Source of the DNA: Candidatus Latescibacterota bacterium | GTDB lineage: Bacteria > Latescibacterota > UBA2968 > UBA8231 | DNA: 64,000 nt | Direction: 5' to 3' | Assembly: GCA_963422735.1 (NCBI GenBank) | Contig: OY730476.1 | Span: 2,432,001 to 2,496,000, forward strand | Shown here: positions 47,973 through 58,206 of the stretch, in pieces | Layout: each line of letters starts with the position of its first letter | How positions within the stretch are numbered: the first letter of the stretch is position 1 | Notes under the pieces: model-generated | What the model was told of the DNA's origin: nothing | Databases searched by the model: none | What the model saw: only the letters and a program-made list of their open reading frames with translations | Program-made: the position numbers and the translations under genes

Positions 47973-50900
47973 AAAGAAAGGATGTAATGCGGAAGATGGG
48001 TACGAGAAGCTTTGACCGGGCCATCGGCGAGACAATGCACCCAAGTCGGAAACACTGTTGTGCTAATACTGGTTTAGCAAGTCGCCGAACAAGTGCTTAT
48101 AGCATAGCGCGTTCCACCCTTTGGCCTGTTGCGCTGTTGCTCGTCGCTCTTAGCGGGTCTCCCAAGGCCCTCGCGGAATCCTTTGACGACCAGCATGTAA
48201 CCGTCTTGGTCTTCACCAAAACCGCCGGTTTCCGCCACGATTCCATTGCCGACGGCATCGCCGCTATCCAGACCTTGGGGCGGGAAAACGGTTTTTCCGT
48301 CGAGGCGACTGAGGACGCGGGGCGTTTCACCGATGAGGGCTTGGCACCGTACCGGGCGGTAATCTTCCTCAACACTACCGGCGATGTACTGGCCATTGAC
48401 CAAGAACGATCTTTTGAACGCTACATTCGCGGCGGCGGCGGCTTTGTGGGCATCCACTCCGCAGCCGATACCGAGTACGACTGGGCTTGGTATGGCGACT
48501 TAGTGGGGGCCTATTTCGACAGCCATCCGGCCATTCAACAGGCTCAGATTCAAGTGGCCGACCGAGTTCATCCGGCCACGGACCATTTGTCTGCCCGCTG
48601 GCAGCGGCGCGACGAGTGGTACAATTACCGCCGCAATCCCCGCGGGCGGGTCCACATCTTAGCCACCTTGGACGAAGGCAGCTACGACGGCGGTCGCCAC
48701 GGCTTTGACCACCCCATCGCTTGGTGCCACGACTACGACGGCGGCCGCTCTTGGTACACCGGCGGCGGTCACACCCGAGAAAGCTACGGCGAGTCCCTGT
48801 TTATGCAGCATATCCTCGGCGGCATCGAGTACGCCTCAGGAGCGACCGCGGCCGACTGCGGAGCCACGCTGGATGCCAACTTTGAGAAAGTCGTCCTCGA
48901 CGGCGAGGCCGAAAATCCCATCGACTTGGCCGTGGCTGACGACGGGCGCGTGTTCTTCATTGAGCGCAAGGGAGAGCTGAATGTATATCGGCCCGACCTA
49001 GGATTGACCCGGCTGGTCGGACAGCTAGCGGTATCGACCGACTTTGAGGACGGCCTGCTGGGCATTGCTCTAGATCCAAATTTTGTCCGCAATAATTGGC
49101 TCTACCTGTTTTACTCGCCGCATGGCGAAGTAGCCAAGCAGCATGTATCCCGTTTTGAGTTAGATGGCGATGAACTGGTCCCGGATTCCGAAGTTGTGTT
49201 GCTGGGAATTCCCACCCAGCGGCGCGAGTGCTGTCACTCGGGTGGGGCACTGGCATTTGGCCCGGACGGTAGCCTTTATATCGGCGTCGGCGATAATACC
49301 AACCCCTTTGCTTCGGACGGGTTCAGCCCGCAGGACGAGCGTCCAGACCGGCGCGATTGGGATGCCCAGCGCACATCGGCCAACAGTGCCGATCTGCGCG
49401 GCAAGATCCTGCGCATCAAACCCCAGTCCGACGGCAGCTACAGCATTCCCCCAAGCAATTTGTTCGCCGAGGCCGAAGAAGGCCGCCCCGAGATTTACGT
49501 TATGGGCGTACGCAACCCCTTCCGGCTGTCGGTTGACCGCGAGAGCGGCTGGCTCTACTGGGGCGATGTCGGCCCCGACGCCCGCCAAGCCGACCCGCAG
49601 CGGGGGCCAGTCGGCTTAGACGAGTGGAATCAGGCGCGGGCGGCGGGTAATTTCGGCTGGCCCTACTGCATTGGCGACAACCAGCCCTATGTGGCCTACG
49701 ACTTTGCCACCGGACGTTCCGGTATGCCCTTTGATTGCGGGGCACCGAGGAACCTGTCGCCTAACAACACGGGCCTGCAAGCACTGCCTTCGGCGCAGGC
49801 AGCGTGGGTCTGGTATCCCTATGGCACCTCGTCCTCGTTCCCCGCAATCACCGCCGCTGGCGGCCGCACGGCACTGGCCGGCCCGGTGTATTACTACGAT
49901 GCCGCGGCGGGCAGCAAGAGTGTGCCGGCGTACTACGACGGCACACTCTTTATGTACGAGTGGGCCAGCAATTGGATTAAAGAGGTCAAGCTGGACGAGG
50001 ACGGGAACATCCTCAAGATCAATCCCTTTTTGGACAGTATGGAATTCATCCGTCCCATCTCCATGCAGTTCGGCCCGGATGGCTCGCTGTACGTGTTGGA
50101 ATGGGGCAGCGGCTTCTGGGGCGACAACGACGACGCCCGCCTGGTGCGGATTGACTATGTGCGGGGTTCGCAGGCACCGGTGCCCCACATTGAAGCCGCA
50201 CCCACCAACGGTGCCGCGCCGCTAGCAGTGCATTTCTCGGCCCGCAGTTCCTTTGATCCCGATCCGGGGTCCGTGCTAGACTTTGCTTGGGATTTTACCG
50301 GCGACGGCGAGATTGACGCGACGGAAGCCGAAGTAGTCTTCACCTACGAGGTAAGCGGCGACTATACTGCCCGGCTAACGGTCTCCGACGCCGAGGGCAA
50401 CCAAGGCGTGGCGCAAGTGCCTATCTCGGTCGGCAATACCGTCCCCGAGGTGGAGATCGTGCGGCCCCCGGATGGCGGTTTCTTTAGCTGGGGAGAAGTC
50501 GTCGATTTTGAAATTCAAGTCTTTGACCAAGAGGACGGGACTGCCAATTGTGCTCGGGTGGTATTACAAGCGTTTATCGGCCACGATGAACACAGCCATC
50601 CCCTTGAGGAGCACGGCGCTTGCAGCGGTAATTTCCAGACCGAGGCCGGGCACGGCAGCGATGGCGACGATTTGTTTTATACCATCGAGGCGCGCTATAC
50701 AGATCGAGGCACGAAGTTGGTCGCTCCGTTGACCGCTAGGGCGGGCCATATCCTGCAACCCAAGCGCAAGCAGGCCGAGCACTATACGCGCCAGAGCGGA
50801 ATACGATTAGAAACGACCGGAGACGAGGCCGGTGGCGGGCAGAATATCGGCTTTATCGCCCACGGCGACTGGATTTCCTTTGCGCCAATGAATCTGGAAG

Positions 50901-51478
50901 GCATCGAGTCGCTCAACTATCGGGTGGCCTCGACCGGGCTAGGGGGGCGCATCGAAGTGCGCGTTGATTCGCTGGCGGGGCCTTTGATCAGCACGGTGCG
51001 CGTGGGCAGTACAGGTGCTTGGCAGGTCTATACCGACTTGGCGGCACCTATTGCGGACCCGGGCGGCACCCACGAGTTGTTTTTCATCTTCCAGCGCAAT
51101 CCGGGTGACGACGGCTTGTTCAATATCAATTGGATTGATTTCCAAGGTCCGGGGATCTCCCGTCCCCCGGCCACCGCAGTGGCGGCCGAGTCGCGTCAAG
51201 AAGGGGCGTTGCCCGGCCCGGCCGTTCTGTATCCTCCCTATCCCAATCCCTTTAACCCGACGGTCCAGATCCACTTTGTGCTCCCTAGGCGCATGGCGGT
51301 GCGGTTGGAGGTTTTCGATCTCTTAGGGCAGCGGGTGGATGTCGTAGTCAACGAGATGCTGGACGCCGGAGGCCACGCAGTGCGGTTTGACGGAGCCGAT
51401 CTGGCGAGCGGGGTCTATATCGCGTGCTTGGCGACGCCGGGTGGGGAGTTGGTGCGACGGATGGTGTTGTTGCGCTAA
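47969..51478 (+). CDS. Secreted ThuA + glucose/sorbosone dehydrogenase + PKD + CBM6 protein with T9SS-type C-terminal domain (start uncertain)
   Basis: VLVFTKTAGFRHDSI; CCHSGG..AFGPDG.LYI.VGDN, GVRNPFR; DPD...WDF.GDG; CBM6 TGAWQ; YPNPFNP...ASGVY...RRMVLLR. Confidence 0.9.
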   Translation: MKRKDVMRKMGTRSFDRAIGETMHPSRKHCCANTGLASRRTSAYSIARSTLWPVALLLVALSGSPKALAESFDDQHVTVLVFTKTAGFRHDSIADGIAAIQTLGRENGFSVEATEDAGRFTDEGLAPYRAVIFLNTTGDVLAIDQERSFERYIRGGGGFVGIHSAADTEYDWAWYGDLVGAYFDSHPAIQQAQIQVADRVHPATDHLSARWQRRDEWYNYRRNPRGRVHILATLDEGSYDGGRHGFDHPIAWCHDYDGGRSWYTGGGHTRESYGESLFMQHILGGIEYASGATAADCGATLDANFEKVVLDGEAENPIDLAVADDGRVFFIERKGELNVYRPDLGLTRLVGQLAVSTDFEDGLLGIALDPNFVRNNWLYLFYSPHGEVAKQHVSRFELDGDELVPDSEVVLLGIPTQRRECCHSGGALAFGPDGSLYIGVGDNTNPFASDGFSPQDERPDRRDWDAQRTSANSADLRGKILRIKPQSDGSYSIPPSNLFAEAEEGRPEIYVMGVRNPFRLSVDRESGWLYWGDVGPDARQADPQRGPVGLDEWNQARAAGNFGWPYCIGDNQPYVAYDFATGRSGMPFDCGAPRNLSPNNTGLQALPSAQAAWVWYPYGTSSSFPAITAAGGRTALAGPVYYYDAAAGSKSVPAYYDGTLFMYEWASNWIKEVKLDEDGNILKINPFLDSMEFIRPISMQFGPDGSLYVLEWGSGFWGDNDDARLVRIDYVRGSQAPVPHIEAAPTNGAAPLAVHFSARSSFDPDPGSVLDFAWDFTGDGEIDATEAEVVFTYEVSGDYTARLTVSDAEGNQGVAQVPISVGNTVPEVEIVRPPDGGFFSWGEVVDFEIQVFDQEDGTANCARVVLQAFIGHDEHSHPLEEHGACSGNFQTEAGHGSDGDDLFYTIEARYTDRGTKLVAPLTARAGHILQPKRKQAEHYTRQSGIRLETTGDEAGGGQNIGFIAHGDWISFAPMNLEGIESLNYRVASTGLGGRIEVRVDSLAGPLISTVRVGSTGAWQVYTDLAAPIADPGGTHELFFIFQRNPGDDGLFNINWIDFQGPGISRPPATAVAAESRQEGALPGPAVLYPPYPNPFNPTVQIHFVLPRRMAVRLEVFDLLGQRVDVVVNEMLDAGGHAVRFDGADLASGVYIACLATPGGELVRRMVLLR

Positions 51479-51494
51479 AAAGTAAGGAGGAAGA

Positions 51495-51725
51495 ATGCCT
51501 TCCATTTCAAAGAGTAAATTAAAAGCCAATATACTTCGCATCTTTCGCGAGATTGAAGAAACCGGCGAAGAATGGATCGTCACAAATCACAATCGCCCCG
51601 CTTTACGCATTCAGCCGATTGGGCAAAAATGTTCGGAGCGATTCAGGACAAAGCCATCTATCGCGCAGACATCAATACGCCGACAACCGACGAATGGGAA
51701 GCACTGTCGCGATCGTCCTCGACTT
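51495..51725 (+). pseudogene. Phd/YefM-type antitoxin (frameshifted) followed by a PIN-toxin start remnant
   Basis: SISKSKLKA...FREIEETGEE.IVT....P; second frame YRADINTPTTDEW; then IVLD. Confidence 0.65.
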
Positions 51726-51746
51726 CAGCCCTCGCATTAGGGGTTT

Positions 51747-51820
51747 ATCCACGAAGGAACGCGAAGGGCCACCAAGGTTTTCTTGAGTATTCTTAGTGTT
51801 TCTTCGTGCTCTTGGTGGAT
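51747..51820. repeat. Short imperfect palindromic repeat element
   Basis: ATCCACGAAGGAACGCGAAG...CTTCGTGCTCTTGGTGGAT. Confidence 0.5.
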
Positions 51821-51924
51821 CGCTTCATGCTGGACGCTAGATCGAGATCGGCTATCTCAAACCGCAGCACAAGCCATTGCAGACGCCGACCGCATTGCCC
51901 TTAGTCCATCTCTATCTGGGAAAT

Positions 51925-52660
51925 ATGAAGAACATGCTTAATATGAATGCGCTTTCTGCGCTCGAAGCCGACGCCGGAGTCAGAGAGCGAACCAGACTCG
52001 AATGGAACTATAACAGCAACCACATTGAGGGCAACACGCTGACCTACCGCGAGACCGAATTGCTGCTCATCCACGGTCGCACGGCTGGCGGGCATCCGAT
52101 GCGGGATTACGATGAGATGAAGGTACGCGATGTTGCGATCGACTATATGCGATCCCTTGCAGGCGAGAAACAGATTATTGGGGAGGGCGATATAAGACAA
52201 CTAAACAAAATTCTCCTCAAGGAGCCCTTCTTGAAATACGCGGGCCGGATGGCCAACCGACGCAGAAGCGCATTGTTCCGGGCCAGTACAAGACACAGCC
52301 GAGTCACGCACGGACGGTGACCGGGGAACTCCAGCGATTCGCCGAACCCGAGGAAACGCCCATTTTGATGCAGGAATGGACCCGTGATTTCCGTCGCGAC
52401 TTGGAGCGAAGTGCCTATCCTCTGCCGTTGTTCCTATGTTCCTAAGCTGAGTCGCACTGGAGTTTTCTCCGCATCCATCCATTCGACGACGGGAATGGGC
52501 GCACCGCACGGTTGCTCGCAAACTACGCTTTGCTTAGGAACAACCTGCTGCCTATCGCGATCAAGAGCGACGACCGGGACCGCTATATCGGCGGGCTCCA
52601 GAATGCCGATATAGGCCGCATGTTGCCACTCGCCCAGTTACTCGCGCGGCGAAAGGGGAG
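51925..52660 (+). pseudogene. Fic family protein with multiple frameshifts
   Basis: LEWNYNSNHIEGNTLT..ET; later FLRIHPFDDGNGRTARLLANY in a different frame. Confidence 0.8.
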
Positions 52661-52671
52661 TCGATCGAGGA

Positions 52672-52854
52672 ACCATCACCCTCAGTACCGAACTCATTAA
52701 GACGCCTCTGCACTGCATCGAATACGTCATCATGCACGAACTCTGCCATCTGCGCGTCCACGATCACAGCCCGGCGTTCTTCCGCCTGCTCAACCGCTGT
52801 ATGCCCGATTGGGAGGTTAGGAAATCACAGCTTGATTCGGTGGTGTTGCAATAG
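52672..52854 (+). pseudogene. YgjP/DUF45 (M48) metallohydrolase C-terminal fragment
   Basis: [46 protein letters not shown]; HExxH motif; not in the ORF track. Confidence 0.8.
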
Positions 52855-52885
52855 CGGAGCAGCAGATCTTTTGGCAGTACCCATC

Positions 52886-54622
52886 TCAGGGCTGGGCCGG
52901 CTCCAATCCCAACAGCACGATCAGGAACGAGCGCACCCAATAGGCGCTGTTCATGTAGGGGTTTTCGGCCGAGGGCCAGTTCTTCCAATAGGTCTGGTTG
53001 TGGGGGATGCGGTGGAACCACTGGAGCAGGGGAATGGCCGGCAATTCGGCCAGCCATATATCGAGAGCTTGGCGAAACAGCGGCACGAGCGCCGGATCGT
53101 CGGGCGCGGTCTGGCCCATCTGATCGACCAAGCGGTCGAAGTCTGCGTTGCGCCAGCGCCAGAAGTACTGGGCGGCCGTGCCGGTAGGCTGGACGTAGCG
53201 GCTGTGGTAGAGCCGGAGGGTGAAGTACGGATCGCGTACTGAGCCGCCGTTGCCCATGATAAAGACGCGGGCCGTGCCCTGAGTCATGCGGGTATAGGCG
53301 TCGGAAAACATGCGGAAGGAGGCGTCGAAACCCGCGCGGCGCAACTGCTCGACCAGTACGGGCGTGAAGTCTTGGAAGAGAGAGGGAAAGACGACGACGG
53401 GAATTCTCAGGCGCTCGCCGTCCCGCTGCCACATACCTTCCGCATCGGTGCTCCATCCCTTGCGCTCCATGATGGCTGCGGTCTGAGCCAGGTCGTGTTT
53501 TTCTACGGGATGTTTTTCTAGCAAGTCCTGAACTTGGTCGATATAGTGCATCAGCGGTGGGAAGTGGGGGAACGGCAACAGGGTGTACTCGCCAGCCCCC
53601 TGCCAGCCGATGGCCACGAGTTGTTCTCGGTCAATGGCGTAGTTTACAGCCCAGCGAATGTCCGGGTCGTCGAAAGGTGGCTCTAGATTGTTAAAGCCGA
53701 GGACCGGCGGCCACCAGTCCCGATAGCCGTAGGGCAGTTGGCGGCCCGACCACGTGGTGACGTTGGGGTTTTGGTCGAGGAGGGTCTTGATGTTGGAGGG
53801 CCGCAAGTCAATGCATTGATCCATCTGGTTGGCGAGGATGAGTTGGACCCACTTGTTCTCGTCGCCTTGGGGCAGGTAGATGATGCGCTCGACCCGGGGC
53901 AGGGGCTGAAAGCCGATTTGGGCGGCCCACCAGTCTGTGCGCAGATCCCAAAGCCGCTGCTGAGGTTCGGAGAGGGCGAGGCGGTAGGGGCCGCTAACGA
54001 CCGGCAGGCCGCGGCCCAAGTCGAGGTTTTTGAACGAGGTCGGATCCTCGCCTCCCCAGATGTGCTTGGGCACGATGTGGATGCCGTTGCCGAAGTTGTA
54101 GGTAAAATAAGAAAACACAAAGCGGGGGTTGGGCGCTTTGAGCACGAACCGCGCCGTCAGCGAATCCGGGACTTCGACCTCGGCAACCCAAGTGTCCATG
54201 TCGGTGGAAAAGGCCAGCTCCGGGGCGTGGGCCTTGAGCATGTCAACTGTAAACTTGAGGTCGTGGGCGGTCCAAGGCCGCCCGTCGCTCCACGTCACCC
54301 CTTTGCGGATGTGGATCGTCACTTCCGTGTAGTCTGCGTTGTATTCGTGGCTTTCGGCAATCCAGGGTATGACGTGGTCTTTTTTTACGTACGCGTTGTA
54401 GAAGTAGAGCGGCTCAAACAGATAGTCGAAGCCCGGAGATTGGGTGCCGACGATAAAGGGATTAAACGAATCGTAGTCCCGCATCTGCGGCAGGCCGAGG
54501 ATGAGGGTGCGGTTGCGGGGGACGTGTTTTATGGCCCCCTCGTCGGAGCCACAGGCGGCGAGCGCCAAGCCGCCGAGTAAGCCCAAGGCGGCGAGTTTTG
54601 TTTTTTGGAGGAATTTTCTCAT
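52886..54622 (-). CDS. ABC transporter substrate-binding lipoprotein, family 5 (peptide/oligosaccharide)
   Basis: Lipobox LAAC; PWIAES, IRKGVTWSDGRPWTAHDL.FT, SGPY, PFDDPDIRWA..YAIDR. Confidence 0.92.
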   Translation of the reverse strand: MRKFLQKTKLAALGLLGGLALAACGSDEGAIKHVPRNRTLILGLPQMRDYDSFNPFIVGTQSPGFDYLFEPLYFYNAYVKKDHVIPWIAESHEYNADYTEVTIHIRKGVTWSDGRPWTAHDLKFTVDMLKAHAPELAFSTDMDTWVAEVEVPDSLTARFVLKAPNPRFVFSYFTYNFGNGIHIVPKHIWGGEDPTSFKNLDLGRGLPVVSGPYRLALSEPQQRLWDLRTDWWAAQIGFQPLPRVERIIYLPQGDENKWVQLILANQMDQCIDLRPSNIKTLLDQNPNVTTWSGRQLPYGYRDWWPPVLGFNNLEPPFDDPDIRWAVNYAIDREQLVAIGWQGAGEYTLLPFPHFPPLMHYIDQVQDLLEKHPVEKHDLAQTAAIMERKGWSTDAEGMWQRDGERLRIPVVVFPSLFQDFTPVLVEQLRRAGFDASFRMFSDAYTRMTQGTARVFIMGNGGSVRDPYFTLRLYHSRYVQPTGTAAQYFWRWRNADFDRLVDQMGQTAPDDPALVPLFRQALDIWLAELPAIPLLQWFHRIPHNQTYWKNWPSAENPYMNSAYWVRSFLIVLLGLEPAQP

Positions 54623-54689
54623 ACTTGTCTCGCTGATGTGTGCGCTTGCAAAAGGTGCGCAACATCCGAATAATAGAGGAACGACCTAT

Positions 54690-55828
54690 ATGGCGATGAT
54701 AAGGCTCTTTTTGCTTATGGCAGCACTACACGGCGCGAATGTAGCCCCAGCGGAAACCGAGGTCAAAGGCCGGCCAGCCTTGGTGCTCAACGGCGAGGCG
54801 GCCCAAGTCGTCGTCGATTTGCTGGGCGGCTCGATTGCGGATTTCCACTTGCAGGACCAAGGCATCAATCCGCTTTCATGGGGGCGGGAAGAATTCGCAG
54901 CAGGGCCGAGTGCAATGGGGCATTTCCTCTGCTTAGACCGCTGGGCGTCGGTCTCGGAGGCCGAGGCCGAAAGCGGCATGCCCGTGCGGTGGCGGGTCGT
55001 GCGCGGTCCCGAGGAGAAGGACGGCTTTATCGAGGCCGAGATGGCCGCTATTTGCCGCTGGCCGGCTTTGCGGTGAGGCGTTGGCTGCGGCTGGCCAAGG
55101 ACCGCGCCTTGCTCACCGTGCGCGAAGAGGTCGAAAACACCGGTGCGCTTGGACGCATGTATAATGTGGTACAGCACCCTACTATTGGCCCGCCCTTTCT
55201 CGACGAGACTACGGTAGTTGACGCCAACGCCCGCAAGGGCTACATGGTCTATAGCCCCATGCCCAACCCCGAAGAGCCGGCGGTGTTTTGGCCCGAGGCG
55301 CACAAATTGGCGAGCGGGGCCGAGGTTGATATGCGCTACTTGGGCGGCGACGACGACCCGACCAACGCGGGCTACAGCTTCGACGGCGACGACGGCTGGG
55401 TCGCGGCCAGCACAGCGAGCAAGGGCCTGCTCATCGGCTATGTCTGGAAAACGGCCGAGTATCCCTGGCTCAATATCTGGCGCAACTCAGCCGAGGGAAA
55501 GCCAGTCGCCCGGGGGCTCGAATTCGGCACTACGAGTCTGCCCTTACCTCCGGCGGCCCCAGCGGCCAAGGGGAAAATCTTCGGTATCCCGCTTTTTGAA
55601 TTTCTCGACGCCGGCCAGATTATCGCCAAAGTCTATGCGGCCTTTCTCTTTGAGATCTCGCCCGACTATGCAGGGACCGAACAGGTGGCACTGCTAGACG
55701 GTCGGCTGGTCGTGCGCCCGCGCGGCACCACGGGCGATCGCGCCAAAGCTATAGAGGCTGCAGCAGACGCTGTTGAACGCACGAATGCAGACTTAGTGAT
55801 GGAAGTTGATGCGCTATTTATCGAGTAG
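54690..55828 (+). pseudogene. Exported aldose-epimerase-like protein split by a frameshift near 55050
   Basis: Signal peptide; MGHFLCLDRW in one frame, VREEVEN..LGRMYNVVQHPTIG and YPWLNIWR...ARGLEFGTT in another. Confidence 0.65.
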
Positions 55829-55831
55829 GTT

Positions 55832-56662
55832 TTGGGGGCACTGGCCCTGTTGTTGGCGGGGTGCAGCGAGGACGGGGTCATCGTCGCTCGGGTCGGCGAG
55901 GTGAAAATTGAGCAGGCGGAGTTCGCGGCCTTTGTTGAGCGCCTGCCGCCGGGGTTGCACAGCCCCAAGGGGGGACGTGCAGCCGACCGGGAGCACTTGC
56001 AGTCGATGATCGACGAGGAGCTGATGTTCGCCGAGGCGCGTGCGCTCGGGATCGACACCAGCTTGGCGGTTGCACACCAGCTCGGCGAAATGGTGCGGCA
56101 GCGCCTCGTGGAGCGCTACCGCGCCCAAGGCATTGTGCCGCAGGTGGAGGTCACTGCCGAAGATGTCGAGCGCGCATTCGCGGAGATGGGGTTTGATCGC
56201 GAGCGGCTCTTCAGTCGCATCTTGGTGCGCACCCGCGAGGAGTTGGAGGCGGTCGGGCGCGACCTGCGCGAGAGCCAGCCCTTTGAGAAAGTAGCCGCGC
56301 GCTTTGCCACCAACGACCTCTTCGCCTCGCAAGGAGACGGCGTGGTCGGCTGGATCGGGCGCACACAAGCCGCACGGCGTTTCTCCATTCCGCCCGCCGT
56401 CTTTGCAGGTTTGCCCGTCGGGCAGGTAGCTGAGCCGGTCGCGCTGGCTGGCGGCTATCAGGTATTCCGCGTCGGCCTGACGCTGGGTTGGGCATTGGCC
56501 GAGGCCCAGTCGGGTTATCAGATCGCCGGCGACGAAGTCGTAGTCGAGCGGGCCAGCCACTGGCAGCAGTGGTCCATTCCCCCCATCTGGCGCGCATCCA
56601 CGAGGACGGCTCGGTTCGGGCGCATGCGCTGGGGACGGATTAAGTCTCAATACCAGCAATAA
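55832..56662 (+). pseudogene. PrsA/PpiC-type peptidyl-prolyl isomerase lipoprotein fragment fused to an unrelated N-terminal fragment
   Basis: LAGC lipobox, VIVARVG, ILV...A...FEKVAARF...G.VGW, VAEPV...GYQVFRV, then an abrupt switch to a signal-like segment. Confidence 0.6.
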
Positions 56663-56684
56663 CACCCGGTTCCGCACCTCTTCC

Positions 56685-56720
56685 AAAGCCCGCTTGCCCC
56701 GGTGGCAGGCGGGCTTTTTT
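56685..56720. terminator. Intrinsic terminator between convergent genes
   Basis: AAAGCCCGCTTGCC-CCGGT-GGCAGGCGGGCTTTTTT. Confidence 0.75.
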
Positions 56721-56725
56721 ACGTC

Positions 56726-57460
56726 TTATAGCCCGAGCAGGCCCCGAGCGTTCTCCCCGAGAATGAGGCGCTTGGCGTCGTCGTCAATGGCTGCGGTGAT
56801 GATCTTGCCGAGCTGCGGGCGGGGGTCCATCAGAGGCGTATCCGAGCCGAAGAGGACGCGGTTGGCCCCGGCCTTGGCCACGAGCTCTTCGACGACGCCC
56901 GGAGTGCGGAAGGTCGAACAGGTTTCGAGGAAGTAGTTGGGCAAGCACCCGGCCGCGGCAATGGCTTGGCTGCGATACGGCTCGATGTTGCCAGAGTGGC
57001 CGGCGACGAAGCGGGCGTTGGGGAAGCGCCCGGCCGCACGGCCTAGCTGGGCGGGAGCGGCCGTGGCCTCGCCGCCCGTGTGGGCCAAGACCGCGAGGCC
57101 GCGCTCATCGGCAAAGCCGTAGATTGGATCCCAAGCTGGGTCGTCGAGCGGAAAGGGCGTATAGGGCGAGTAGATTTTAATCGCCCGGAACCCGAGCTCG
57201 TCTATGGCTCTTTCCAACTCGGGCCGCACGGTGTCGGGAAAGGTGGGGGCCACGTAAGCGAAGCCAATGAAGCGATCGGGGTGGCGGGCGACAAAAGCCG
57301 CCGTCTGGTCGTTGCCGGGTTTGCCATCGGGATGGAAGATGTTAAAGACGCAGCTTTTGCCGATCCCCACCGCATCCATGGCGCGCAGCATCTCGACCGG
57401 GTCATCGACCATGTCGAGAGCATCCCAGCGGCCTACGTGGCCGTGAAAGTCGATGATCAC
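56726..57460 (-). CDS. Amidohydrolase_2 family metal-dependent hydrolase
   Basis: IIDFHGHVG, VLAHTG, VAGHSG, RVLFGSD.P, ILGENA. Confidence 0.9.
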   Translation of the reverse strand: MIIDFHGHVGRWDALDMVDDPVEMLRAMDAVGIGKSCVFNIFHPDGKPGNDQTAAFVARHPDRFIGFAYVAPTFPDTVRPELERAIDELGFRAIKIYSPYTPFPLDDPAWDPIYGFADERGLAVLAHTGGEATAAPAQLGRAAGRFPNARFVAGHSGNIEPYRSQAIAAAGCLPNYFLETCSTFRTPGVVEELVAKAGANRVLFGSDTPLMDPRPQLGKIITAAIDDDAKRLILGENARGLLGL

Positions 57461-58206
57461 GCAGCCCTTCCGAGAATGCGCTCTATATTGCCCGCAGTCA
57501 AAGCCGCGAGCGCGGCGTCGTCAATAGCTAGGTGGTGCAGGTAAAAGAGCATCGGTCCCATGGCATAGCGCGGATAATAAGAGCCGTAGAGGAAGCGCTC
57601 CACGCCAAATTCGCCGATCAGAGCCTCGATACCGCCCAGATTCTCAAAGCGGCTTAGCTCCATTGCCGCTTGGGGCAGTGCCCTGAGCAGGGGGCGCAAG
57701 GCGAGGGAATGCACGTAGTGAGCGCCGAGGAGTACTACCTGCAAATCCGGGAAGCGGCGCAAGGTCTCCATAACCTCGGCGACTGGAGTGTCGGCTAGCG
57801 AGAGCCACAGAGGGATGCGCTCGGCCGCCAGCCAAGCGAGCAACTCGCCGTAGATCCAGTCGGCAAAGGGAACGCGGCACGCCTCGGTGTTGTGCAGGCG
57901 GACGCTGCGGACCTCGCCCGCGGCGTGGAGCGCACTCAGTTGCGCCAAAGAATCCGCGCTCGGCCCGGCGACCCATTGAGGGACGAGCCCGTCGCCTTGC
58001 CAAGCACGCAGGGCCTCGTTGGCCTCAATCGCGCTGATGGCTTCGCCTTGGAGGTGATAAATTAAGCCGCGCACCACGCCGTGGCGCTGCATTTCCGCCC
58101 GCAGTTCAGCCACATTGGCAAACGGCGAGGGCCGGTCGTGGCAGTGGCCGACGCCGATGTTGGCGTCGAAGACCGGGACGCGGGCGCGGAAGTTGAAAGT
58201 CGTCAT
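57457..58206 (-). CDS. Amidohydrolase_2-like protein lacking canonical metal ligands
   Basis: VFDANIGVG, FPDL.VVL, GVERFLYGSYYP, AGNIERILG. Confidence 0.75.
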   Translation of the reverse strand: MTTFNFRARVPVFDANIGVGHCHDRPSPFANVAELRAEMQRHGVVRGLIYHLQGEAISAIEANEALRAWQGDGLVPQWVAGPSADSLAQLSALHAAGEVRSVRLHNTEACRVPFADWIYGELLAWLAAERIPLWLSLADTPVAEVMETLRRFPDLQVVLLGAHYVHSLALRPLLRALPQAAMELSRFENLGGIEALIGEFGVERFLYGSYYPRYAMGPMLFYLHHLAIDDAALAALTAGNIERILGRAA

